Of a stretch of 64,000 nt of DNA, positions 38,573 to 49,449 are shown in pieces. Numbering within the stretch: the first letter of the stretch is position 1; each line of letters opens with the position of its first letter. The notes beneath the pieces are model-generated. The model had not been told where the DNA came from, ran no database searches, and saw only the letters and a program-made list of their open reading frames with translations. This DNA comes from Elusimicrobiota bacterium. Its GTDB lineage: Bacteria; Elusimicrobiota; Elusimicrobia; FEN-1173. A program made the translations under genes and the position numbers. The DNA is taken from NCBI GenBank assembly GCA_016706425.1, contig JADJJR010000001.1, positions 619,133 to 683,132 of the forward strand. The letters are read 5' to 3'.

Positions 38573-39961
38573 TTAGAAAATCGAGACCCGCGCGTGGAGC
38601 TCCCGCGCGAGCCGTTCCAAATCTTCGGCGGCCTTGAGGGTTTCCTGGGCCCCCGCGGAGGTGTCGCGGGCTTTTTCGGACACCGTGGACGCGTTGGACA
38701 GGATCTCCACGTTTTTTTCCGCGGCGGTTTCCACCAGCGCTTTGATGTTGTCGGTGCCCGTGGCCTGTTGCTGGACGGCCGCGGCGATGTTTTCCTGGGC
38801 GCTCGAAATCTGGCGCATCACGGCGGCCACCTCGTTCACCGCGGCCACGGCGGTTTTGATGTCGGTTTGAATGGCGTGCACGCGGGGACGGACATCTTCG
38901 GCGGCGCGGGCTGTTTCACTCGCCAGCTCTTTGACCTCTTTGGCCACGACGGAGAAGCCGTGGCCGGCCTCCCCGGCGCGGGCGGCCTCGATGGTGGCGT
39001 TCAGGGACAGCAAATTCGTTTGCCCCGCGATCTTGGTGATGGATTTGATCAGCGCTTCGATTTCCGAGCTGGCGCGGTCCAAACGCGCGATGGAGGCGTT
39101 GGTTTGGTCCATAAAGCGGACGGCGTCCTGGGCCACGGTGAGCGCCATCCGCGCCTGGTCCAGGACGGAGCGGAGACCGTCGTTGATCTGGGTGGTTTGA
39201 ACAAGGATGGTCTTTCCGGTTTGGGTTGCGTTGTCCGTCCCCCGGGAGGAGGCCGCGGCGAGGTCCGATGTCTCGGCGGCAAAGGAGGCCATGTCGCGGC
39301 TCAATCGGCCCAGATGTTCCGACGCCCCCGACAATTGCGTGGCGGTTTGGGCCACCGGACGCACGATTTGGCGGCGCAACACCCACAAAAGCCCCCCCCA
39401 CATGGCGAACATCAGCGCCAACGTCAGGAAAAACGAAATAATCGCCAAACGCCGGACGATGCCTTGGACACGCGCCAGAGAATACCCCAATCGCACTTCC
39501 CCGATGGGCTGGTCATCCTTGAGGAGAGGAAAGCGAATTTCCCGCGCCGGCCGGCCGTTCGCCCGTACGTTCCATTGCTCGCGGGCATCGAAAGGGGGCA
39601 GGGGGGCGTTGGGGTGAATGTCCAAAGGGATCTTGCCAAAAACATGGGATTCAACAAGCGTCTTTTCCGGTGTTCGGATTTGGATGTAAACCAAATCGCG
39701 TTGCGAGAGCGTGTCGATGGAGAAATCGCGAAAAAGGTCCAACACCTCGGCCGGGGCGTCGTTGATGTTGTCCACCAAAGTCGACGCGTTTTTCAGCGTG
39801 CTTTCGAACGAATCAACCAGGGAGGCGATGCGGGGGTAAAACTCCCGACCGATCAAATGATCGAAAACACGCGCGTTGAGAATGGACAAAACGACGGCCG
39901 CGGCCAAAAAAACGGCGGCCAGGGCCCGGGACCCGGCGAAACGGTCGAGGGTTGTTTTCAT
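38573..39961 (-). CDS. Methyl-accepting chemotaxis protein
   Basis: TM1, ~170-aa periplasmic domain, TM2, HAMP, and MCP signalling domain (highly conserved [33 protein letters not shown]). Confidence 0.85.
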   Translation of the reverse strand: MKTTLDRFAGSRALAAVFLAAAVVLSILNARVFDHLIGREFYPRIASLVDSFESTLKNASTLVDNINDAPAEVLDLFRDFSIDTLSQRDLVYIQIRTPEKTLVESHVFGKIPLDIHPNAPLPPFDAREQWNVRANGRPAREIRFPLLKDDQPIGEVRLGYSLARVQGIVRRLAIISFFLTLALMFAMWGGLLWVLRRQIVRPVAQTATQLSGASEHLGRLSRDMASFAAETSDLAAASSRGTDNATQTGKTILVQTTQINDGLRSVLDQARMALTVAQDAVRFMDQTNASIARLDRASSEIEALIKSITKIAGQTNLLSLNATIEAARAGEAGHGFSVVAKEVKELASETARAAEDVRPRVHAIQTDIKTAVAAVNEVAAVMRQISSAQENIAAAVQQQATGTDNIKALVETAAEKNVEILSNASTVSEKARDTSAGAQETLKAAEDLERLARELHARVSIF

Positions 39962-40443
39962 CGGATCACCAAAACGACGGCGAGGCCCGGCCAGGGTTCG
40001 CCCTTTTTATTGAGCGCATCGCGCGCCGGCACCACGGCCACGGCGTTGGGGGTCCGGCGCACCCAGTCCAGGAGATCGGCGGAGGATTGCATTTGGATCG
40101 GGGGCTGAAGGCCATCGGAAAACACCTTTTTCAGCCAGTGGGATTTAAACGCCGATTCGTTGGTGTCCAAAATCGTTGCGTAAAATGTGGCGAGGGCTTC
40201 TTTGTCCTGGGTGGTGGCCGGGAGGGCTTTTTGGCCACCGAGGCGGCGTGTGTCGCCCAGAAAAAGGGCGCGCAGGGAAGAGATCGGCAGAGGCCGGGGG
40301 AAGGGATTGTCGGCGTTAACGACCACCGCGATGCCCCCGGTTTTTGTGATTTCCACCCCATGGGCGACGGCGACGGCCAAACCGCCGGCCGCCCAGGCGG
40401 TCAGAACGAAGGCCTGAAATCGTCGAGATCCCACGTGGAGCAT
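39958..40443 (-). CDS. Periplasmic PBP-like (PstS/phosphate-binding-like half-domain) protein
   Basis: Signal peptide. [27 protein letters not shown] resembles the PBP_like_2 motif. Stop overlaps the MCP start (ATGA). Confidence 0.45.
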   Translation of the reverse strand: MLHVGSRRFQAFVLTAWAAGGLAVAVAHGVEITKTGGIAVVVNADNPFPRPLPISSLRALFLGDTRRLGGQKALPATTQDKEALATFYATILDTNESAFKSHWLKKVFSDGLQPPIQMQSSADLLDWVRRTPNAVAVVPARDALNKKGEPWPGLAVVLVIR

Positions 40444-40446
40444 GGA

Positions 40447-41520
40447 TCAGAACCCGGCCCCCACGGTCAGGTAAAGCCGGTTGTAACTGCTGTCCTTGGC
40501 GGGGTCTTCGGCGGCGATGCGGTCCACCTGCAGTTTGAAATTGACCCCGTAAAAATCATCGGGATTCAGATTGTATCGAAGGCCGGCGCCGGTGACGCGC
40601 GTTCGGTCCTGCCCGGCGTCGCGGTTGGGCTCGAGCATTTCATGGCGCAAAAAGGGAATGATCCGGTCGTTGAGGGAATAGCCGACGAGGGCGTAGAACG
40701 CCTCTTGCCGCAGGGGGCCGCGGGTCCCGTTGCCGTATTCGCTCAACAGAATCCAGGGGCCCCATTGGGTGTCGAGCGAGAGGGCGTGGGTGCGGTTCTC
40801 CTGAACATCGGCGGATACCGTGTCGGTGCTGGTCGTGTCCTGGTAGCCGGAATACGTCACATTCAGTTTTTGAAAACCGGGCGCTTTCAACAACATTCCC
40901 AGTCGCGCGCCGAGACCTTTGTTGTTGTTGTCGTCCGTGTGTTGGGAAAGTTGGGTTCGACCGTTGGAGACGTAAAAATCGCTCTCGAAATTTTTCCACC
41001 GTCCGCGGGCCCAAACACCCACGGCGTACCGGGAAAACAGGTGGCAGTCCAACCGCGGTTCCGCGCCGCGGGCATAAAATGTGTCCCGCCCCGGCAAGCG
41101 AGCTGTCAAAAAGGTCGAGTCGGCGTATTGGGCGGTGTTCCAAAGACCGAACGGGGTGGCGAACTTCCCGAATCGAACTTCCAAGGCGTCCGTGAGGTCG
41201 TATTTGAGATAAGCGTCATTCACCGTAAACTCACCCGTGGATCGGTTGTCCAGGGAGCGTCCTCCCGAATTGGTGACGGCGACTTCAAGGAACGTGCCGT
41301 GCTCGTAAACCAGTTGGCTGTAGAGCGTGGCGCGGTCGGTGATTTCCGCTTGGGTGATCATCGAGAGGGCGTAGGCATCGAACGACGAGTTGCTGGAGGG
41401 CCGGGAGTCGTCGCTGAAAGACGAATTGAAATAGCCGTTCCATTTTATTTCGGCGGCGACAACCTGGGGGGAAACCCCTGACAGCATTCCAAGAATGGAA
41501 AGGCAGAGGAGTTTTTTCAT
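40447..41520 (-). CDS. Outer-membrane porin-like beta-barrel protein
   Basis: Signal peptide MKKLLCLSILGMLSGVSPQVVAA. Alternating beta-strand pattern. C-terminal ...YLTVGAGF ending in Phe. Confidence 0.55.
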   Translation of the reverse strand: MKKLLCLSILGMLSGVSPQVVAAEIKWNGYFNSSFSDDSRPSSNSSFDAYALSMITQAEITDRATLYSQLVYEHGTFLEVAVTNSGGRSLDNRSTGEFTVNDAYLKYDLTDALEVRFGKFATPFGLWNTAQYADSTFLTARLPGRDTFYARGAEPRLDCHLFSRYAVGVWARGRWKNFESDFYVSNGRTQLSQHTDDNNNKGLGARLGMLLKAPGFQKLNVTYSGYQDTTSTDTVSADVQENRTHALSLDTQWGPWILLSEYGNGTRGPLRQEAFYALVGYSLNDRIIPFLRHEMLEPNRDAGQDRTRVTGAGLRYNLNPDDFYGVNFKLQVDRIAAEDPAKDSSYNRLYLTVGAGF

Positions 41521-41784
41521 GTCGGGCCTCGGTGTCCAGTGTTCCGTCTTGGGGTGGTCTCCAGCGGTCTTTTATATGTACACCGAGGTTGGGGAAAGCG
41601 CAAGGGTCGAAACGAGGGGGAAAATGGCGGAGAGGGAGGGATTTGCCCCTCCGAAAAAGTTCCTTTCCGGCTCCCGGGACTTTTTCGGGGGGGGCCGTTT
41701 TCCTGGCGGGCCCACGTGGTGGGTCCTTTTCCTCCCGTGAGGTCGGCGGAAAAAGGCGTTCAAGTCCCTCTTTGAATTGAAAAA

Positions 41785-41871
41785 CGGAAGGGGAGGGATT
41801 TGAACCCTCGAGGATCTTGCGACCCTACGCGATTTCCAGTCGCGCCGATTCAGCCGCTCTCGCACCCTTCC
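41785..41871 (-). tRNA. tRNA-Ser (anticodon GGA), long variable arm
   Basis: The reverse complement reads GGAAGGG...CCCTTCC acceptor stem, anticodon loop CTGGAAA, T-arm GAGGG TTCAAAT CCCTC, discriminator G. CCA is not encoded. Confidence 0.8.
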
Positions 41872-41923
41872 AAAAATTCGAGGACGGTCATTCTATCTTT
41901 TCGAGGAGGAAACGCCAATCGCC

Positions 41924-43159
41924 ATGGGACGGATCGTCCTGCACATCGACATGAACGCGTTCTTCGCCTCCGTGGAGCAGCGGGACCGCCCCGCGCTGTC
42001 CGGTCGGCCCGTGGCCGTGGTGGGGGGCGCCGGGCGTCGGGGGCTGGTGTTGACGGCGTCCTACGAGGCGCGCGCCTTCGGTGTCAAGACCGGGCTGCGC
42101 CTTTTTGAGGCGCGGTTGCTTTGTCCCTCCTTGATCGCGGTGCCGGGACGGCACGAGGCCTACAGCGCGGCGTCGCGGGCCCTGTGGCCGTTCTTGACGG
42201 TTTTGACCGACCGGGTGGAAATGTGTTCCGTGGACGAAGCCTATTTGGACATCACGGATCCCCGCCGGGGCGCGGACTGGGATTGGGCGCGGGAGCAAGC
42301 CCGGCTTTTGCAAAAACGGATCGAGGACACCCTCCGCCTGCCCTGCTCCGTGGGGGTCGCCCCCAACAAGCTGTTGGCCAAATTGGCCTCCGAAATTAAA
42401 AAACCCCGGGGTCTCACCGTGGTCCTTCCGGCGTCGGTGGGCCCCCTGCTGGCGCGGACCCCCGTGGAGGCCCTGTGCGGGATCGGCAAAAAAACCGCCC
42501 GGACCCTGGCCGGCCTGGGCCTACGCACCTGCGCCGACCTGGGGAACGCCGACGAAGAACTTCTGCGGACCCGCTTTGGCGTGTGGGGCCACGAACTCCG
42601 CCGCATGGGCCGGGGGGAAGACGACGCGCCCGTGGCGCGGATGGACGCCGAAACGACGGTTAAATCCGTCGGCCACTCCGTGACCTTTCCCGAAGACACG
42701 GCGGATCCCGAGCGCCTGTTGGCTTATCTCCTGTGGCTGTCGGAAAAGGTCGGGGTCCGCCTGCGCCGCCAGGGCCAACGGGGGCGGGAGGTCGTGGTGA
42801 CGCTTCGGTCCTCGGATTTCGTCACCCGGTCCGTCCACCGCACCCTGGACCGCGCTGTCCACAACGACATGGACATCTACGCCGTCGCGCGGGGGTTGTT
42901 GGGGGAATTCCTGCCGTTGCGGCGGCCCGTGCGGTTGGCGGGGGTGTCCGTGGGGCGTCTAACCGGGGATCCGGTCCAGCGGGATTTCTTCACCGACACC
43001 GAAAAACCCGATCGCCTGAACGCCGCCCTGGATCGGCTCCGCGCCCGCTTCGGCAAGGGAGTCGTCTCCCGGGCGCGGGCGGTGGTGGCCCGAAAAGCAA
43101 ATGAGGTAAAATCGCCGGGCCCCCATGAACCGTCTGAAAACCCTTTTCGGCGTCCTTAA
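41924..43159 (+). CDS. dinB: DNA polymerase IV (Y-family)
   Basis: GAGGAGG SD. N-terminal IVLHIDMNAFFASVEQ...CSVDEAYLDIT catalytic motifs. Confidence 0.85.
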   Translation: MGRIVLHIDMNAFFASVEQRDRPALSGRPVAVVGGAGRRGLVLTASYEARAFGVKTGLRLFEARLLCPSLIAVPGRHEAYSAASRALWPFLTVLTDRVEMCSVDEAYLDITDPRRGADWDWAREQARLLQKRIEDTLRLPCSVGVAPNKLLAKLASEIKKPRGLTVVLPASVGPLLARTPVEALCGIGKKTARTLAGLGLRTCADLGNADEELLRTRFGVWGHELRRMGRGEDDAPVARMDAETTVKSVGHSVTFPEDTADPERLLAYLLWLSEKVGVRLRRQGQRGREVVVTLRSSDFVTRSVHRTLDRAVHNDMDIYAVARGLLGEFLPLRRPVRLAGVSVGRLTGDPVQRDFFTDTEKPDRLNAALDRLRARFGKGVVSRARAVVARKANEVKSPGPHEPSENPFRRP

Positions 43160-44204
43160 GCACTATTCCAACCTCGTTTTTTTCATCGTGGGTTTCCTGT
43201 TCGACGCGGTCACCTTGGTCCGCATCGATTCCCTGTTGGACCTTTCCCTCCACGCCGTTTATCTGGCCCTCATCACCGGGCTCATTTTGGAAAACGAGCG
43301 GCGGGGGTCCCGGCCCGTCACGTCGACCGGTTGGATCGCGCGGCTTTGGCGCTACGAATCCGAACTGTTGCACTTTTGTTACGGGGGCCTCCTCAGCGCC
43401 TTCGTGGTGCTCTATTTTAAAAGCACCTCCGTTTCACGGTCCTTGTTCTTCTTCGTCCCCACGGTGCTCCTCATGGTCGCCAACGAGATGCCCCAGGTCC
43501 GCCGGGTCGGGCACCGCCTGCGGCTGGGCCTTTACGCGTTTTGTCAATTGTCGTTCATGAACTACCTGGTGCCCATCGCCCTGGGCGTCATGGGCGGGGC
43601 CGTCTTCCTGTTATCGGTTTTGTTGGCGGGGGTGTTGACGGGAGGACTGGTGTGGGCCGTGCACCGCCTCCACCCGTCCCGTACCCGGGTGTCCCTGGCG
43701 GCGGCGCCGACGTTGGTGTTCGCCGTGGTGATCGGAAGTTATTTTTTAAAGTGGATCCCGCCCGTGCCCCTGTCGCTGCAATTCGCGGGCATCTTCCACG
43801 GGGTCGAACGCGTCGGAAAGAATTACCAACTCGCCTATTGGCGGCGCATCCCCGGCAATTGGTTCCATCGGGAGGACCGGCGGTTCCTTTACCGCGAAGG
43901 GGACCGCGTCCATTTTTTCGTGCGGGTGTTCGGCCCCCGCCGCTTCCGCCACGCCCTGGGGTTGGTTTGGGAACATCGCGATCCCGCGTCGGGACGATGG
44001 AACAAAACCGACCGCGTCCCGTTGGAAGTCCGCGGCGGCCGGGCCGCGGGGTACCGGGGGTGGGCCGCCAAGGCGAATTACGCCCCGGGCCGCTGGCGGG
44101 TGAGCGTGGTGACGGAGGACGACCGCTCCTTGGGCGGCGTCAACTTCACGGTCGCGCCCGACCCGAGCGCCGAACCCCGGGTCGTAAAAATCCGGCGGAT
44201 GTGA
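43125..44204 (+). CDS. Integral membrane protein with C-terminal soluble domain (DUF2914-like)
   Basis: Several TM helices, then a beta-rich C-terminal domain (GRWRVSVVTEDDRSLGGVNFTV). Overlaps the dinB 3' end by 35 nt. Confidence 0.45.
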   Translation: MNRLKTLFGVLKHYSNLVFFIVGFLFDAVTLVRIDSLLDLSLHAVYLALITGLILENERRGSRPVTSTGWIARLWRYESELLHFCYGGLLSAFVVLYFKSTSVSRSLFFFVPTVLLMVANEMPQVRRVGHRLRLGLYAFCQLSFMNYLVPIALGVMGGAVFLLSVLLAGVLTGGLVWAVHRLHPSRTRVSLAAAPTLVFAVVIGSYFLKWIPPVPLSLQFAGIFHGVERVGKNYQLAYWRRIPGNWFHREDRRFLYREGDRVHFFVRVFGPRRFRHALGLVWEHRDPASGRWNKTDRVPLEVRGGRAAGYRGWAAKANYAPGRWRVSVVTEDDRSLGGVNFTVAPDPSAEPRVVKIRRM

Positions 44205-45307
44205 TGCGCGTCTGGACCGGTTTTGAGGGACGGTGGCGGTTCTACGAGGGCGCCGAGGCGGTGATCGAGGCGGCGTCTCCCACGCACGTGGCCCGCGCCT
44301 TTGAGCGGATGGAAGAGGCCCTGGCCCGGGGCCGCCACCTGGCGGGGTTCTTCTCTTTCGAGGCGGGGTACGCCCTCGACCCCGCCCTGTCGCTTAACCG
44401 CCCGGTGGATTTTCCCTTGCTGCGCGTGGGCGTGTTCGGCCCGCCGCGGCCGGAGCGGCCCGTCGGCGCCGGCCCCGCGCCCCGGTTGGGGGATTTTCGA
44501 TTGAACATCGAACGCCCCGATTACGACCGCCGCATCGCCGCCATCCGGGACCTCATCGCGCGCGGGGACGTCTACCAAATCACCTATTGCATTAAAAACA
44601 CATTCACCGCGACGGGCGACTCCCGCGTCCTCTTCGCCACCCTCCTGGACGAACAGCCCGTGCCTTACCCGGCCTTGATCGAGTGCGACGACGCCCACAT
44701 CCTTTCGCTGTCGCCGGAGCTGTTTTTAAAGAAAACAAAAGACCGGCTCCTTTCCAAACCCATGAAAGGCACCTGGGTCCGGGGCCGAACACCCTGGGCC
44801 GACCTGCTCGCGCGGTTCCGGCTCAAATTCGATTCCAAAAACCGCGCCGAGAACGTGATGATCGCCGATCTTCTGCGCAACGACCTGGGCCGCGTGGGCG
44901 ACCGGGTGCGGGCGCCCAGGCTGTTCGAGGTCACGGGCTACCGCACGCTCTATCAAATGACGTCGACGGTGACGGCCCGGGTGCCCCCGGCGTTGGATTT
45001 GCGGTCGTTCTTCGCGGCCATCTTCCCCTCGGGGTCCGTGACGGGCGCGCCCAAGATCCGCGCCATGCAAATCCTGCGAAACCTGGAGCCCGAGGACCGC
45101 CGCGTCTACACCGGCGCCATCGGTTACGTCACGCCGGAGCGGGATTTCTTTTTCAACATTCCCATCCGCACCCTCCTGTTGCGCGGGGGGCGCGGCGAAA
45201 TGGGCATCGGCGGCGGCATCGTGTGGGACTCCACCCCCGACGGGGAGTGGGCCGAAGGGTTGCTGAAGTCGCGCTTTTTAAGGGACTCCCGCTGCGCGGG
45301 GGCTTGA
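44204..45307 (+). CDS. pabB: Chorismate-binding enzyme, short PabB/TrpE-type (aminodeoxychorismate/anthranilate synthase component I-like)
   Basis: Motifs GDVYQITY, SLSPELFL, FPSGSVTGAPKIRAMQI, YTGAIGY, GGGIVWDS. No pabA/trpG or pabC adjacent. Confidence 0.7.
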   Translation: MRVWTGFEGRWRFYEGAEAVIEAASPTHVARAFERMEEALARGRHLAGFFSFEAGYALDPALSLNRPVDFPLLRVGVFGPPRPERPVGAGPAPRLGDFRLNIERPDYDRRIAAIRDLIARGDVYQITYCIKNTFTATGDSRVLFATLLDEQPVPYPALIECDDAHILSLSPELFLKKTKDRLLSKPMKGTWVRGRTPWADLLARFRLKFDSKNRAENVMIADLLRNDLGRVGDRVRAPRLFEVTGYRTLYQMTSTVTARVPPALDLRSFFAAIFPSGSVTGAPKIRAMQILRNLEPEDRRVYTGAIGYVTPERDFFFNIPIRTLLLRGGRGEMGIGGGIVWDSTPDGEWAEGLLKSRFLRDSRCAGA

Positions 45308-45318
45308 CGCGCCGCCCC

Positions 45319-45358
45319 GGGCCCGCCCTCCCCAAGGGGAGGGCGGGCCCTTTTTTTT
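45319..45358 (+). terminator. Rho-independent terminator (GGGCCCGCCCTCCCC-AA-GGGGAGGGCGGGCCC + T8)
   Basis: Perfect 15-bp GC stem with a 2-nt loop and a TTTTTTTT run, directly after the pabB stop. Confidence 0.7.
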
Positions 45359-46244
45359 ATTGGGCGCCGTAAACCGCCGCGAAGGATTTCGCGAACTCCT
45401 CGATGGAGGTCGGCGTGGTCGTCTCCACCGAGCGGGGCTGTGTGGGCTTGAGGGCTCCCTCGTTGAAGGCTTTGTACATCTCGTTGAAGAGCGCGGCCAC
45501 GTCGGGGGAGAGGCCCATGTTCACCATGGCGTTGAAGGCGTCCGGGTAGGGAAATTGCACGTAGGGCAGGTCGGGCTTGCCGATGGCGGCGCCAAGCGCG
45601 CGGGTGACCTCGGCCAGGGAGAGGTCCCGGGGACCGTGCAGTTCCAGCACCTCCCGCTCGCGGAAATCCCCCGCGGCCAAGGCCCGGGCGGCCCTTTGGG
45701 CGATGTCCCGGGTGGCGATCATGGGGATCTTGATGTTCGGGGCGATGGGGCTGCCGTTGATCCCCTGGGCCTTGATGAGCCCCAGGCCGAAGAAGGCGTT
45801 TTCCATGAAGTAGCCGGGGCGGAGGTGCAGGCGATCGACGCTTTCCAGGGCGTCCAATCGTTTTTCGTGGTCGTAAAGGCCCTTGATGGGTCCGGTGCCG
45901 TCGGGCAGGTGGGCGCCCAGGCTCGAGAGGTTGACCACTTTTTTGACCCCGGCGGCGCGCACGCCGTCGACATAGGCGCGGCTGACTTGGTTGTAATAGG
46001 CGCGAAAGTCCGGCGCGTTGTAGCGCGGGGGGATCAACAAAAAGACCGCGGACGCGCCCCGAAAGGCCTCCGCGATCGCCGCCCCGTCCGTGAGGTCCAC
46101 GACGCGGGTTTCCGCGCCTTTTTGCGCCAGGGGCGCAAGCTTTTTGGCATCGCGGGCGAGCGCCCGCACTTTCTGACCTTGCTTTAAAAGTTCCTCCACC
46201 AACGCGTGCCCGATTTGGCCTGTGGCCGCTGTGACGACGATCAT
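45357..46244 (-). CDS. NmrA-like NAD(P)H-binding protein (SDR superfamily)
   Basis: Rossmann motif MIVVTAATGQIGHALVEEL. NmrA-like C-terminal region. GGAGG SD. Confidence 0.7.
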   Translation of the reverse strand: MIVVTAATGQIGHALVEELLKQGQKVRALARDAKKLAPLAQKGAETRVVDLTDGAAIAEAFRGASAVFLLIPPRYNAPDFRAYYNQVSRAYVDGVRAAGVKKVVNLSSLGAHLPDGTGPIKGLYDHEKRLDALESVDRLHLRPGYFMENAFFGLGLIKAQGINGSPIAPNIKIPMIATRDIAQRAARALAAGDFREREVLELHGPRDLSLAEVTRALGAAIGKPDLPYVQFPYPDAFNAMVNMGLSPDVAALFNEMYKAFNEGALKPTQPRSVETTTPTSIEEFAKSFAAVYGAQ

Positions 46245-46382
46245 GGGAAACCTCCGAGACATTGGGAATCCGGCGGGGAGGGCCGGTGGCGCGTCCCCGC
46301 GCGTACTTTCGCCCAAAAGCGAAAGGACCCCAAACCGCGCGGAGGCTTATTATATGGAACGTCGGTGAGTTGGAAAAGTTCC

Positions 46383-46885
46383 CTAAACGGAGGCGTGCAC
46401 TTCGACGCGGTTGCGGCCGAGGTCCTTGGCGCGGTAGAGGGCGCGGTCGGCGAAGGTCAACAGGTGCTCCAGATTTTCTCCCGCCACCGATCGGCTCGCG
46501 ATGCCGAAGCTGGCGGTGACGGTCAGGGAGCGGCCCTCGGCCTCGATGGGGGTCGCGGCCACGGCGTGGCGCAGGCGCTCGACCACCTCGCGGGCCGCTT
46601 CGGGGAGGTGTCGGGCAGAAGAACGGCGAATTCCTCGCCGCCGTAGCGACCCACCACGTCGGTCAAACGCAGGCCGTTTTTGAGACGTCGGGCGACCTCT
46701 TTCAACACGATGTCCCCGACCCCGTGGCCGTGGGTGTCGTTCACTTTCTTGAAATGGTCGATGTCGGCCATGACCACGGCCACGCCCCCGGGGCCGGGCC
46801 CGCGGCGGCGGGCGTTTTCCCGTTCCGCCAGAAAGAAGAACTGCCGCCGGTTGAAAAGGCCCGTCAATTCGTCCGTGATGGCCAA
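46383..46885. repeat. ~500-bp near-identical 3' segment shared by the three tandem GGDEF paralogs (copy 1)
   Basis: Nucleotide-identical to 47926..48424 and 49446..49937 apart from homopolymer lengths and a few substitutions near the stop codons. The N-terminal parts diverge. Confidence 0.7.
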
Positions 46886-47930
46886 AGCCTGGACTTCTTC
46901 CAAGAGTCCCACCGATTCAAGGGCCGCTCGCGCTTGTGAAGCACAGGTTGCCGCCAAGTCCCGTTGGGCGACGCTGAAACGGCGCAACCCCCGCTTGGCC
47001 AACCACAAAACGCCCTGCACCCCTTTTTTTGACATCAGCGGCACAGCCAATACGGCGTGGGACCGCAGGCTCTCGGGGTCGGCGGGTTTCCTTCGCGAGG
47101 GATCCCAGGCGAAGGGCCGCCCCACGGCCAGGGCGGCCGCGACCGAAGACAGACCCACCGCCTCGTGGATGCCGTTTCTTCGGGACAGGGCGCCTTGCCC
47201 GTCCACCCACATCCCGCCGGTGGTCGGCCCCATCCACTGGATGGACCATTGGGCGCTTTCTGTCATGAGCGCCGTGAAACGGCCGAAGGTCATCCCAACG
47301 CCCTGGGGGGTCCTTTGTCCAAACATGGCGGCGCTGTACACGCGCATGTGCTGCAAGCGGGTGAATGATCGGATCCGGTTGGCTAGGAGGAGGAGCGCGA
47401 CCGTGGCGGTGGCGATGAGGATGAAGATGTCGTCCACCAACAACTCGAAAGGCGTCTTTTGTCCGATCACCAGCCACCACGCGAGAATCAAGGCCGCGCC
47501 GGTCCCCGCGAACCAACGAAAGGACAACATCACCGTGGCGGTGCCGATGATCGTCAATCCGAGCCAAATCGTGAACAGCTGCGCGCTGGCCAATTCCGTT
47601 TCAGTGCCCAAGAGGAAGGCGGAGACAAGGATGTCCGTTCCCGTCAATAAGGCGAGTGTGGCACTGAGCGATTCGGGTGGGAGTCGCCCGAGTCGTTCGG
47701 GGCGGGCGAAAAATCCAAATAAGGCGAAAAAAACAATCAGCGCGGGGTCAATAAAGAGCATTTCCCGAAGCAAGGGACCTAAGTAATAAGGGATGTTTAA
47801 AATAAATTGGACCGTGAACAAAGCCGACAAACACAGTGCTCCGCGACGGGCGTCCGCCACCACCGTGGCCCGGCGGGACTTCCGGTAAATCGACAATCGG
47901 TCAATGGGGGCGTCACCGCGGGGGATCATG
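46383..47930 (-). pseudogene. Tandem GGDEF paralog copy 1 (multi-TM sensor + GGDEF), frameshifted in a G4 homopolymer
   Basis: N-terminus MIPRGDAPIDRL... Multi-pass membrane domain. GGDEF domain in the 843-aa ORF up to GGEEFAVLLPDTSP; the remaining C-terminus is in a different frame (ORF 46383..46586). G-run 46602-46605 is 4 nt, versus 5 nt in copy 2. Confidence 0.6.
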
Positions 47931-49449
47931 GGGCATGAACTTCGACGCGGTTGCGGCCGAGGTCTTTGGCGCGGTAGAGGGCGCGGTCGGCGAAGGTCAA
48001 CAGGTGCTCCAGATTTTCTCCCGCCACCGATCGGCTCGCGATGCCGAAGCTGGCGGTGACGGTCAGGGAGCGGCCCTCGGCCTCGATGGGGGTCGCGGCC
48101 ACGGCGTGGCGCAGGCGCTCGACCACCTCGCGGGCCGCTTCGGGGGAGGTGTCGGGCAGAAGAACGGCGAATTCCTCGCCGCCGTAGCGACCCACCACGT
48201 CGGTCAAACGCAGGCCGTTTTTGAGACGTCGGGCGACCTCTTTCAACACGATGTCCCCGACCCCGTGGCCGTGGGTGTCGTTCACTTTCTTGAAATGGTC
48301 GATGTCGGCCATGACCACGGCCACGCCCCCGGGGCCGGGCCCGCGGCGGCGGGCGTTTTCCCGTTCCGCCAGAAAGAAGAACTGCCGCCGGTTGAAAAGG
48401 CCCGTCAATTCGTCCGTGATGGCCAGGGACTTGACCTCGTCCAGCAGGGCCACGGCGTTCAACGCCGCCCGGGCCTGGGTGGCGCAAATTTCCGCCAAAT
48501 CCCATTGCGCCACCGTGTGTTGCCGAAATCCGTGCCGCGCCAGCCAAAGGACGGCCCGCGCGCCTTGGGCGCCCATCAACGGGACGCCCAGCACCCCGCG
48601 GGCTTGACGGGGGCCCGTGTCGAACAAACGTCGGTGAACGGGGTCCCAAACAAAAGGCCTCGCCGTTTCGGTCGCGCCGGGGGGGAGGGCGCGCGCGGCG
48701 CCGTCCAGGCCGGGGAGCGCCGCCAGACCGCCGGGCCCTTCCGTCCAACATTTTCCCTCCAAGGGGGGAAACCACTCCACCGCCCATCGGGGACTGTCGG
48801 TCAACAAGGCGGTGAATCGGCCGAAAGCCATCGCCACGCCCAGCGGGGTCCGCTGCCCAAGCAAGGCGGCGCTGTAGGCGCGCATGCGTTGCAGGCGGGC
48901 AAACCCCCGCGCCCGGTTGGCGAGCAAGACCAGGGCGACGGCCCCGGCGGCGATGAGGATAAAAGCTTCGTCCGGAATGTTTTCGAGGGGGGCCCGGCGG
49001 CCGACCAACACCCCCCAAACGGCCCCCAACGCGAGGACCGTCCCCGCGAACCACCGCAGGGACAACATCACCGTGGCGGTGCCGATGATGGTCAGGCCCA
49101 GGTACGCCGTGTACAGGACATCCGCTCCGACGAAAAAAGCCGCCGTGAGAATGTTGGCGCCGGTCAATAAACCCAAGGCGGCGCCCAGCGCGTCCCCGGG
49201 GATCCGACCCAAACGACCCGGTTGCGCGAAAGCCCCCACGGCCGCGAAGAAAACGATCAAGGCGGCGTCAAAAATCAACATCGGGGTTCGCGCGGGCGGT
49301 TGAAAATCAAACGCGTTGAAAACGAAAAAACCGCCAAAAAGGAAGGTCAGACACCAAGCCATCCGCCGGCCGTCTTCGATCACCGCGGCGTGGCGGGATT
49401 TCTCATAGACGGCGAAGGCGTCGGGCAGGGGGTCAATCCGGGGATTCAT
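47926..49449 (-). CDS. Tandem GGDEF paralog copy 2, intact (multi-TM sensor + GGDEF diguanylate cyclase)
   Basis: 507 aa. 7-8 TM N-terminal domain. ITDELTGLFNRRQFF...RYGGEEFAVLL GGDEF. Stop overlaps the copy-1 start (ATGA). Confidence 0.75.
   Translation of the reverse strand: MNPRIDPLPDAFAVYEKSRHAAVIEDGRRMAWCLTFLFGGFFVFNAFDFQPPARTPMLIFDAALIVFFAAVGAFAQPGRLGRIPGDALGAALGLLTGANILTAAFFVGADVLYTAYLGLTIIGTATVMLSLRWFAGTVLALGAVWGVLVGRRAPLENIPDEAFILIAAGAVALVLLANRARGFARLQRMRAYSAALLGQRTPLGVAMAFGRFTALLTDSPRWAVEWFPPLEGKCWTEGPGGLAALPGLDGAARALPPGATETARPFVWDPVHRRLFDTGPRQARGVLGVPLMGAQGARAVLWLARHGFRQHTVAQWDLAEICATQARAALNAVALLDEVKSLAITDELTGLFNRRQFFFLAERENARRRGPGPGGVAVVMADIDHFKKVNDTHGHGVGDIVLKEVARRLKNGLRLTDVVGRYGGEEFAVLLPDTSPEAAREVVERLRHAVAATPIEAEGRSLTVTASFGIASRSVAGENLEHLLTFADRALYRAKDLGRNRVEVHAP

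Noticed and set aside
41495-41865. Small ORFs (62-97 aa) around 41.5-41.9 kb
   Set aside because: They overlap the tRNA-Ser gene and its flanks and have low-complexity translations. The region is better explained as tRNA plus promoter.
46523-49054. 843-aa ORF spanning GGDEF copy 1 and running antisense through copy 2's region
   Set aside because: Only its C-terminal ~520 aa (from MIPRGDAPIDRL at 47930) match the paralogous GGDEF proteins. The upstream part is a read-through of non-coding frame.
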